64,000 nt of DNA from Patescibacteria group bacterium (GTDB lineage Bacteria; Patescibacteriota; Doudnabacteria; UBA920; VMFF01), in NCBI GenBank assembly GCA_038065615.1, contig JBBTQQ010000008.1, positions 10,658-74,657 of the forward strand, read 5' to 3'. Each line of letters starts with the position of its first letter. The first letter of the stretch is position 1. A model generated the notes under the pieces. That model was not told where the DNA came from. It saw only the letters and a program-made list of their open reading frames with translations, and did no database searches. The position numbers and the translations under genes were made by a program. Below are positions 56,975 through 64,000 of the stretch, piece by piece.

Positions 56975-59908
56975 TTATTCTAAATCCGCAAAGTCACACC
57001 TGTGTTCCCTAACCTTTTCATGAAGCTGCTTGAATGAATCCATCTTTATGGCATTATGTATTTCCTCGATTGTTCCTAGGAGATATTCTTTCATGTGTTC
57101 TAGTTCTTCCTTGGAAGCAATGATGTCTTCTGAAAGCTCATTGTCCTTTAAAAACCAATAGTTTAGCTTTGAAACCTCATGTTTAAAGTATTCTTCAGCA
57201 GCCCACTGATATATGTAGAGCTGGTATCTGTTTTCTTTGTCATCTTTAAACTTTTCTCCTGTTTTGTAATCAATGATCTGAAGTTTACCATCCAGCAACA
57301 AGTCAGCGCGGTCTATTTTTCCTGTAAACGTATATTCACCAAGCTTTAAAACAAACCTCTCTTCAATGTATTTAGGAACAAACTTTAGTTTTTCAAAAGA
57401 ATCGTAAAAACTACGAAGCATTTTACGTCCTCGTTCTCTGTATTCTTCTTTGTCTTTTTTGGTTGGATACCATTCATCAATCCAGTATGACTCATACATT
57501 TTCTGCAAAGCTTCAAATGCAGGAAGTTTGCTCTTTTCTTTTTCAGCTCCAAACAAATCAAGCTGTTTTTCTTCAAGATTTGTTTTGTACTGCTTCAAAA
57601 ATCTTTCAAAGGTTGTATGAATGGTGTTACCAAATGAAAGATGTTTGCTTCCTTTGGTTGGTAAATGCAACAAATATTTGTACTTGTAACCCAAAGGGCA
57701 CTTCTTGAACTCATTTATTGCTGTGTAGTTAAATGAGGTCGGTAATTCAAAATTCAGCTTCTTTGGAAGTTTCTTTTCTTCAAACTTTGTTCGTTTTAAT
57801 ATCTCAACACTTTTTTCAGGCTTTGCAACTAAACCAATATCAATTAAAAACTGAGAGGGTTTTCTAGCTCTTTGTCCACCATAATCAGAAGCATAACTAA
57901 AGTAAAGGTTTTGTTTAGCGCGAGTCATCGCAACATAGAACAAACGACGCTCTTCCTGTAAATGTATATCCCCCTCCGGTAATATTTCCTTAACCAACTC
58001 TTTTGGAATTTCAATTGCTTCTTTTCGATCTCTGCTAGGAAAACGCTGATCAACCATGTTAACAACAAAAACGTTTTTAAATTCCAAGCCCTTTGCTGAG
58101 TGTATGGTCATGATCTTAATGCTTTCAGGGCCTTGGTTTGGATCAAAATCAAGCTTTCCTTCGTCTCCAGCCTCTTGTTCAAACTCAATGAAAGCAAGGA
58201 AATTCCTCACTGTTTTGTCAGTGTTTTCAACTTCAAATGTTTCTATTTTCTTGTAGAATTGGTTTATGAAGTCAGCTTCTCCTGGCTCTCCCTCCCCCTT
58301 TTCAATACGTTCATCTAATTTTAAGCCATAGATGCCGTTTACAAAAACCTCAGCTATACTTTTAGTTTTAGTTTCCTCTGCTTGTTTTTTTAGGAAAGCA
58401 ATTAACTGATTAATCTTTGTTATGCTGTCATTTTTCAATGTTGGTAAAAGTGCTACTTGCTCTAAGCTCTCATACAAAGAAAGAGTTTTCTTTTGGGCAT
58501 GTTGCAATATCTCAATCATATCTCGATGATCAAATCTAAACTGCTCCATGTTCATAACTCTAAACAGAGCATTCGTGTCATGAAAATTAACAAGTAATTT
58601 TAAATATGCGATTAAATCAACAATGATTGGTTTCTTGTAGAGCCCTTTGTTCGCAACAAAAGTATACGCAAGATTAAGAGATGTGAATTTTGAAATGAAT
58701 GGCTCTGCCGTGTCATTTGAACGAACTAGGATAGCAAAGTCATTCCATGTTGTTTCTTTTTGTTTTTTCAATTCTAACATCTTTTTAACAACCAGATCAA
58801 CTTCATCTGAAAGAGTTTGTCCTGACAAAACAGCAATCTCTCCTTTTTCTTTTTTTGCAGATACAAGTTTTTTATTGATCTTTAACTTTGGCTCTAGTCT
58901 TTCAGGATTATTTAGCTGGATGAAGTTGTATGCGGTATCTAATATTCCTTGAGTTGATCTGTAATTTTCTGTTAAGGTAATTTCTTGAGCTTTAGGAAAA
59001 TCTTTTTTAAAGCGCATAATATTAGAAACAGATGCGCCTCTAAACTTGTAAATACTTTGATCATCATCGCCAACAACAGTTAAGTTGTTCTTTGGTTCAG
59101 CCAGCAGCTTTATTAACTCATACTGTGCGTAGTTAGTGTCCTGAAACTCATCAACCAAAATATATTTAAATTTGCTTCTGTAAAAGTTTAAGATCTTTGG
59201 ACGAGTTCTAAAAAGCTTTAAAGCATAGTTAATTAAATCACCAAAGTCTAAAGAATCATTTGAAAGCAACAATCTTTGATATATGTGGTAGGCCTTTGCA
59301 ACCTCGTTTAAACGAACTATTTCTTCTTCTGAATCATATTCTGGATTGCTTTTGTCTAATTTAGTGTTTTTAGCAAACTCTAAATACTCTTCAGGAGAGA
59401 TTTCCTCATCCTTAAGCTTGCTGAAGTGCTTTAACAGGGCTTTGATGAACTTAGTTGGGTTTCCCAAGGTTCTGTAGTATTCAAGCTCAAATTGGTCCAA
59501 ATTTTGACGCACAAGCAACCACTGACCAACCTCTTCAAGCATTTTAAAGTCATTTGAAATACCAATATCTAAAGCATGTTGTTGTAAGACTCTTTGGCAA
59601 AATCCATGGAAGGTATGTATCCAAAGATCGTGATATCCATACGGAAGCAATATATCAACTCTTTGTTCCATTTCAGTTGCTGCTTTTTCAGTGAACGTTA
59701 AAGCGAGAATTTCTTCTGGTTTAACACCTGATTCTATAAGCTGAGCAATTCTTCTGGTTATGACTGTTGTTTTTCCTGTTCCAGCTCCTGCGATTATTAA
59801 CAAAGGACCGTCACCATAGCTAACAGCACTCTGCTGAGCAGTATTTAAATCTGAAAGGAGTTTTTCTTGTGCTTTTTTAGTTTTTACCATTCTTGTCTCC
59901 TGCAACAA
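56975..59908 (-). CDS. UvrD/PcrA-family helicase with C-terminal PD-(D/E)XK nuclease domain (AddA-like)
   Basis: Walker A AGAGTGKTT, UvrD motifs throughout, and a C-terminal RecB-like nuclease block (IIDYKTG) with terminal cysteines. Confidence 0.8.
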   Translation of the reverse strand: MLQETRMVKTKKAQEKLLSDLNTAQQSAVSYGDGPLLIIAGAGTGKTTVITRRIAQLIESGVKPEEILALTFTEKAATEMEQRVDILLPYGYHDLWIHTFHGFCQRVLQQHALDIGISNDFKMLEEVGQWLLVRQNLDQFELEYYRTLGNPTKFIKALLKHFSKLKDEEISPEEYLEFAKNTKLDKSNPEYDSEEEIVRLNEVAKAYHIYQRLLLSNDSLDFGDLINYALKLFRTRPKILNFYRSKFKYILVDEFQDTNYAQYELIKLLAEPKNNLTVVGDDDQSIYKFRGASVSNIMRFKKDFPKAQEITLTENYRSTQGILDTAYNFIQLNNPERLEPKLKINKKLVSAKKEKGEIAVLSGQTLSDEVDLVVKKMLELKKQKETTWNDFAILVRSNDTAEPFISKFTSLNLAYTFVANKGLYKKPIIVDLIAYLKLLVNFHDTNALFRVMNMEQFRFDHRDMIEILQHAQKKTLSLYESLEQVALLPTLKNDSITKINQLIAFLKKQAEETKTKSIAEVFVNGIYGLKLDERIEKGEGEPGEADFINQFYKKIETFEVENTDKTVRNFLAFIEFEQEAGDEGKLDFDPNQGPESIKIMTIHSAKGLEFKNVFVVNMVDQRFPSRDRKEAIEIPKELVKEILPEGDIHLQEERRLFYVAMTRAKQNLYFSYASDYGGQRARKPSQFLIDIGLVAKPEKSVEILKRTKFEEKKLPKKLNFELPTSFNYTAINEFKKCPLGYKYKYLLHLPTKGSKHLSFGNTIHTTFERFLKQYKTNLEEKQLDLFGAEKEKSKLPAFEALQKMYESYWIDEWYPTKKDKEEYRERGRKMLRSFYDSFEKLKFVPKYIEERFVLKLGEYTFTGKIDRADLLLDGKLQIIDYKTGEKFKDDKENRYQLYIYQWAAEEYFKHEVSKLNYWFLKDNELSEDIIASKEELEHMKEYLLGTIEEIHNAIKMDSFKQLHEKVREHRCDFADLE

Positions 59909-60341
59909 AACTTACCCATTTTTTCCAAGGATCATTGCCTGTGCTTTCCTGATATCCAATCCAGAAATCCGCTGGTTCAACAATCTTTACATTCTCAACT
60001 TTCTTTAATTCAAGCAAAGCTTTGTCTTCAGTTATTAAATAGTCAGCCTTTGCTTCAAGTGCAGATTCTAATATCTTGTTGTCTTCTGGATCTGACACAA
60101 TATGTACTCTTTTTTTGTTCTGAACTATATTAACCTGTCTCAAGAATCTATCTAGTTCTTTCTGGTACTCTGTATCGTGAATCAGCTTCTTTAAAATGAA
60201 ACTGTTTTCTCTTAATGTCTGATTGTTTGCGTAAGCCTGGATGTGTCCTAAAATCGCTTCATTGATGATTTGTTTTTGGTATGAGTACTCATCTTTAAAA
60301 GCAGTAATTAAAACATTGGTATCTAGAACAACTCGTATCAT
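59877..60341 (-). CDS. PIN-domain nuclease
   Basis: VVLDTNVL ... ADYLITED acidic residues typical of the PIN fold. Confidence 0.7.
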   Translation of the reverse strand: MIRVVLDTNVLITAFKDEYSYQKQIINEAILGHIQAYANNQTLRENSFILKKLIHDTEYQKELDRFLRQVNIVQNKKRVHIVSDPEDNKILESALEAKADYLITEDKALLELKKVENVKIVEPADFWIGYQESTGNDPWKKWVSFVAGDKNGKN

Positions 60342-60898
60342 TATTTTTTTTCTTCTGTTTTCTTGCCAGTAATATTTCTACTAAAAAACTTAAAACCACG
60401 CATTGGCATCAAGTATTTCTTCTCCAGATCAAGGTCAATGAAATTATCTGCAAGTTCTTTGATCTTGCTAGAAGTTGATTTACCAAAAGAACAAACCTCA
60501 ACTAACTGTCCTGACATCTGAAGATATTCAAGCAATGGCGCGAAGTCTCCATCTCCGCTACACAGAACAACAACATCAAGCTTGTTCATGAGCTTAATGA
60601 TATCCATGGTAATACCAACATCCCAATCTCCTTTTTGAGCTCCCCCGTAAAAAGTTTGTAAGTCTTTGCTTTGTATTTCAAAACCAGCTTTGCTTAAAGC
60701 ATCAAAAAAAGACTGTTCTTCAGGCATATCCGCTTTAACTACGTACGCGATCGCGCGAATTAATTGCCTATCACCAACAGCCTCTTTTAATATTTCTGAA
60801 AAGTTAACCCTTGAATTATATATATTTCTTGCTGAGTAGTAAAGGTTTTGTACATCTACGAAAACTCCTACTCTCTGAAAATTGTTCCTTATGGACAT
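60341..60898 (-). CDS. NYN-domain (LabA/DUF88-like) nuclease
   Basis: VGVFVDVQNLYY ... CSGDGDFAPLL signature. Confidence 0.7.
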   Translation of the reverse strand: MSIRNNFQRVGVFVDVQNLYYSARNIYNSRVNFSEILKEAVGDRQLIRAIAYVVKADMPEEQSFFDALSKAGFEIQSKDLQTFYGGAQKGDWDVGITMDIIKLMNKLDVVVLCSGDGDFAPLLEYLQMSGQLVEVCSFGKSTSSKIKELADNFIDLDLEKKYLMPMRGFKFFSRNITGKKTEEKK

Positions 60899-60909
60899 AA
60901 ATTTATGTA

Positions 60910-61974
60910 TTAATCAATTAACTTAACCGGCTCTTCCGGTTCCTCTATTTTTAAACTAGCCACTTCTTCTATTTTGTTATGTATTCTTTCATAGCCGGAA
61001 CCGACCAAATCCAGCGTTGATTTAGCATTAGTAACATGTTTTGTTAAAACACTTAAATTAACTGTGAATCTTTCTGAGTCTTGTTTTAATCCCTGAATGA
61101 CCTGAAGGATATGTTGAGCGTGCTCACTTATACGTGCTCCTTGTAACCCAATTAAGATGACTTGGAGGAAGTAATAGAAGGTGGAGGGAGAAACAATATG
61201 AACGTGTTTTAATCGAGCATATTCATATATTTCTACATCATCAGAAATCTCGTTAAAAACACCGTCTGCGGGAACATACATTAAAGCAAAATCCAATGTT
61301 CCTTCTTCAGGCAAAATGTATTTCTTTGAAATCTCTTCCACTCTCTTTTTAACATCCCGAATGAAAATCTTTCGCATTGCATCGCGTTGTTCATCTGTTT
61401 CCGAGTTAATATATGCCCTGTAGTTTTCCATGCTAAACTTGCTATCCATTGCAAGCAAACGATCATTAACTCGAACAATGCTATCAGCTGTTTCACCAGT
61501 TCTAAATCTGAACTGAATTTCATACATATTGCGAGGCAATGACTGTCTAAGCATTTCTTCCATTATCTGTTCACCTATGGTTCCTCTTTTCTTTGATGAA
61601 AGAAGAAAGTCTTGAACATATGACAGAGATTTACCAATCTGTTGCATCTGCCCTAGTTCTTTAGAAACAGTACCAATCACTTTTGCCGCGTTGTCTAATC
61701 TCTCATTAATCTCCTTATTTGTTGTATTGATGCTTTTTTGCATCTCTTGTCTTGTTTGATCAGTACCGTCTTTTATCTGTTTCATCCATTCAATCATCAA
61801 TTTCATAGACTGATCATCTTGCGGCTTTGCTTTGGAAAGGCGAGCAACAAACCAAAACAACCCGGCAAAGCCGAGGATAACGAGGGCGATTAAAACGTAT
61901 ATTAGATTTGAATTCATATATATGAAGTATATCAAAGCTAGGTAAATTAAAAAACTCCCGTAGGAGCTTGCCAA
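60910..61974 (-). CDS. rmuC: DNA recombination protein RmuC
   Basis: N-terminal TM, a long coiled-coil and a C-terminal RmuC nuclease-like domain. Confidence 0.7.
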   Translation of the reverse strand: MASSYGSFLIYLALIYFIYMNSNLIYVLIALVILGFAGLFWFVARLSKAKPQDDQSMKLMIEWMKQIKDGTDQTRQEMQKSINTTNKEINERLDNAAKVIGTVSKELGQMQQIGKSLSYVQDFLLSSKKRGTIGEQIMEEMLRQSLPRNMYEIQFRFRTGETADSIVRVNDRLLAMDSKFSMENYRAYINSETDEQRDAMRKIFIRDVKKRVEEISKKYILPEEGTLDFALMYVPADGVFNEISDDVEIYEYARLKHVHIVSPSTFYYFLQVILIGLQGARISEHAQHILQVIQGLKQDSERFTVNLSVLTKHVTNAKSTLDLVGSGYERIHNKIEEVASLKIEEPEEPVKLID

Positions 61975-62002
61975 TGCTGATATCTAACCTAATTTATATA
62001 CA

Positions 62003-62338
62003 TTATCCAATTGATAGAAGTACAATAGACACTATTGCTGCCACTATCCCAAAAACACCAATAAGACTTAATCTCTCGCTAAAAATTAAAACACCAATCA
62101 ACACTGTAGTTAACAGACTTAGGACTGACCACATTACGCCTACAATGGATAGCTGATTCTTTTGCAAAATTGCCGGTAGCCATGCAAGTGTTCCTAGTGA
62201 ATAAGCTAATATGATTAAAAGGACAAAACTTAGCTTCGGTGTTATAGCAAACTTTTTAGATAGAAATTCGCCAGCCGCAAAAAAAAGAGCGGAAAGTACT
62301 AACCAGTAGAAATAGTTAATTGATAATAGGAATTTCAT
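62003..62338 (-). CDS. Small multidrug resistance (SMR/EmrE-like) family transporter
   Basis: 111 aa, 4 TM, conserved membrane-embedded Glu in TM1 (AAGEFLSKK). Confidence 0.55.
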   Translation of the reverse strand: MKFLLSINYFYWLVLSALFFAAGEFLSKKFAITPKLSFVLLIILAYSLGTLAWLPAILQKNQLSIVGVMWSVLSLLTTVLIGVLIFSERLSLIGVFGIVAAIVSIVLLSIG

Positions 62339-62342
62339 TTAT

Positions 62343-62418
62343 CAAAAGTAATGGCGGAGCCAAGGGGACTCGAACCCCCGACCTTCCGCGTGACAGGCGG
62401 ACGCTCTAACCAACTGAG
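62343..62418 (-). tRNA. tRNA-Asp (anticodon GUC)
   Basis: GGAGCCA acceptor, GCTCAGTTGGTTAGAGC D-arm, anticodon loop CUGUCAC, TTCGAGT T-loop, encoded CCA. Similar to E. coli tRNA-Asp. Confidence 0.85.
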
Positions 62419-62438
62419 CTATGGCTCCATAACATATT

Positions 62439-62515
62439 TAGTTTTCTCTGGTAGCGGAGAGTGGAATTGCACCACTGACCTTGGGCTTATGAGTCCCACG
62501 CTCTAACTAACTGAG
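62439..62515 (-). tRNA. tRNA(CAU) (Met/Ile2-type) with atypical features
   Basis: Cloverleaf with anticodon loop CUCAUAA. Has a G1-U72 wobble, an A31/G39 mismatch and a T-loop reading TGCAATT (G at position 55). Confidence 0.55.
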
Positions 62516-62576
62516 CTACTCCGCCATGTCTTTAAAAAAATCCTCAGACAGAGGAAATGATCTGTCACGATTATTT

Positions 62577-62651
62577 TGGTTGCGGGGGTGGGACTCGAAC
62601 CCACAACCTCAAGGTTATGAGCCTTGCGAGCTGCCAATTGCTCTACCCCGC
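62577..62651 (-). tRNA. tRNA(CAU), possible initiator tRNA (A1/A72 unpaired)
   Basis: Acceptor GCGGGG/CCCCGC with position 1 = A opposite A72. D-arm GAGC-AATTGGCA-GCTC, anticodon stem-loop CAAGG-CUCAUAA-CCTTG, T-loop TTCGAGT, encoded CCA. Confidence 0.7.
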
Positions 62652-62709
62652 TATATATCTACTTGCGTAATTTAACATATTCTTAATCTTTTTTCAAGGG
62701 TTGTAAAAA

Positions 62710-62739
62710 ACAACACCTCCTAATTTTGGGAGGTGTTGT
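62710..62739 (-). terminator. Strong rho-independent terminator CAACACCTCC-taattttg-GGAGGTGTTG followed on minus strand by TTTTTT
   Basis: 10-bp perfect stem with a U6 tract, 3' of the tiny basic ORF. Confidence 0.65.
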
Positions 62740-62775
62740 CTACTCCTTGCGGAGTATCGCTTGAGAAAGAAGAAA

Positions 62776-62859
62776 CTAGATTCTCTTCTTTGCAGTTCTC
62801 TTCTTAGCTTTGCGCTTTGGAGCTGCTTTCTTCTTTGCGACTTTTCTCTTCTTTGCCAT
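62776..62859 (-). CDS. Tiny, extremely basic peptide (27 aa, MAKKRKVAKKKAAPKRKAKKRTAKKRI), candidate
   Basis: ATG preceded by GAGGAG about 10 nt upstream, a TAG stop, and a strong terminator immediately downstream. Not on the ORF track because it is under 60 aa. Confidence 0.35.
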   Translation of the reverse strand: MAKKRKVAKKKAAPKRKAKKRTAKKRI

Positions 62860-63033
62860 TTGCGGCTTTCTCCTCGAGTGCACTATATTTTGGTGCTCTC
62901 GATAATTATTTTTCTACATTCCAAGTAAACCTGGAAGGTAGTGTCGAAGGGAATAAATACGTTCCGTGCTTCTGAGTTTTATGTTTGCTTTCGTTTCAAT
63001 ATGTTTTCTAGAATAATTTTAATGCTAAAACCG

Positions 63034-64000
63034 TTATTTGTCAAGCGATTTTCTAACTTTGTCAATGGATTTGATCGCAAGCTTGCGCAAATATTTTTCC
63101 GCGTCTCTTTTGTTCTTCAAAACGCCTTGCACTTGTTTTACTTTTATCTCCCGAATTACATTTCCAACGTGTGGACCTGGCTTAATTTTCAAAATCTTTT
63201 GAATCATATCTCCAGAAATTAAATCTTGCTGCCAAGCTCGTCTTGCTTTCTTCCATTTATTAAACATTCTCTTGTAAACATTAAAATCTTTTTTGATTAC
63301 TCTCCCCTTTTCATCGGTTCTCACTGATGCTTTACTGTCTACTAAACGTAAACGTATCAAATCACCAAAATCTTCATTTTGTGCCCATTTTACAAGCACT
63401 TTAAATGATAATTGCTCTGAACGGGTTATGTCCATATGATGCTTAACAAGGTATCCGATCTTTCTTTTTTCTTCTTTTCTAAAAGGAAAATCCTTTGCTA
63501 TTGATTCAAAAATCAAAGCACCAACGTTAGCATGACCAAAGAATGAAATATGTTGTCTTCCACCAAGTATTTTCTTTTCACCAGTTGATACTTTACCAAT
63601 GTCATGGAAGAGCAAGGCATAACGCATTGTAAGATCAAAATCATCTGCGAATGTCATGCAAAACATAGTGTGCTTAAACACATTTCCTTCAGCGTGAAAG
63701 TTTTTTGACTGTTTAACACCCTTTAAGTTATCCACAGCTGGGAAGATTTCTTTTAACAAAAGAGTTTGATCTAAAAGTTCTAATCCTCTTACAAAGTTCT
63801 TGTCAGACATTATTCGATCAAGTTCTTCTTTGATTCTTTGTCCTGATGTTTTATGAATTAACTTAGAATGTTTTTTAATGACTGATAAATCTCTTTTGTT
63901 GATGTTAAACCCGAGCTTAGATGCAAAACGAACAGCACGAAGCATTCTCAAAGGATCTTCTTTGATTCTTTTCAAAGCTGAACCAACAAAATGAACCTCT
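63034..64000 (-). CDS. cca: tRNA nucleotidyltransferase (CCA-adding enzyme)/poly(A) polymerase family, HD-domain containing; N-terminus beyond window
   Basis: LRMLRAVRFASKLGF and the HD motif (LFHDIGK). The reading frame is still open at the window edge. Confidence 0.75.
   Translation of the reverse strand, partial: EVHFVGSALKRIKEDPLRMLRAVRFASKLGFNINKRDLSVIKKHSKLIHKTSGQRIKEELDRIMSDKNFVRGLELLDQTLLLKEIFPAVDNLKGVKQSKNFHAEGNVFKHTMFCMTFADDFDLTMRYALLFHDIGKVSTGEKKILGGRQHISFFGHANVGALIFESIAKDFPFRKEEKRKIGYLVKHHMDITRSEQLSFKVLVKWAQNEDFGDLIRLRLVDSKASVRTDEKGRVIKKDFNVYKRMFNKWKKARRAWQQDLISGDMIQKILKIKPGPHVGNVIREIKVKQVQGVLKNKRDAEKYLRKLAIKSIDKVRKSLDK

Overview
The window is AT-rich (about 35% GC by eye) with short intergenic spacers, overlapping start/stop codons and many small hypothetical proteins. 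I infer, without proof, that it comes from a reduced-genome bacterium of the CPR/Patescibacteria type. Most calls are housekeeping genes. Plus strand, 5' part: secF, a PHP-domain protein, mnmA, gltX, rpmA, thyA, folA. Minus strand: hppA, fmt, def, pepN, iscS/nifU/ferredoxin, pyrG, rplI, ftsX/ftsE, prfB, tmk, dcd, rplA, rplK, nusG, secE, gyrB, pheT/pheS, a UvrD-like helicase-nuclease and rmuC. RNA genes: tRNA-Gln(CTG) on +, and tRNA-Asp(GTC) plus two tRNA(CAU) genes on -. RF2 carries the classical CUU UGA C +1 frameshift with an upstream SD-like AAGGAG.

Accessory or unusual content:
(1) a ~450-bp island at about 57% GC between mnmA and hppA, carrying a promoter-like element, an inverted repeat, AGGAGG, a 90-aa ORF in GC-rich codons and a GC-rich terminator. 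It is either foreign DNA, possibly host-derived, or an assembly chimera.
(2) a split PEP-synthase/rifampin-phosphotransferase-like phosphotransferase module: two paralogous proteins ending in a PEP-utilizer His swivel domain flank one stand-alone PPDK_N ATP-grasp gene. Two NUDIX genes, a deoxyribosyltransferase-like gene and a 170-bp degenerate duplicate of the ATP-grasp gene's 5' end lie next to it.
(3) a VirD4/TraG-like coupling ATPase with an upstream membrane partner.
(4) a tandem M23 peptidase plus two paralogs sharing a LAS-type (H-x6-D ... H-x-H) zinc-peptidase-like C-terminal domain.
(5) a HicA/HicB-like toxin-antitoxin pair.
(6) a GC-rich, highly self-complementary ~260-nt intergenic element between iscS and an RNA methyltransferase gene. 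It looks like a structured RNA, but I could not match it to RNase P, tmRNA, SRP or 5S RNA by eye.
(7) a deoxynucleotide/thymidylate metabolism island: NUDIX, HD 5'-nucleotidase, tmk, two T4 Dnk-like dNMP kinases, CYTH, thyA, folA and dcd.
(8) conserved operons interrupted by inserted membrane-protein genes (secE-nusG-rplK-rplA and pheS-pheT).
(9) PIN and NYN nuclease genes next to the helicase-nuclease and rmuC.
(10) several tiny candidate ORFs, including a 27-aa extremely basic peptide with its own RBS and terminator.

I found no CRISPR array, transposase, integrase or rRNA.
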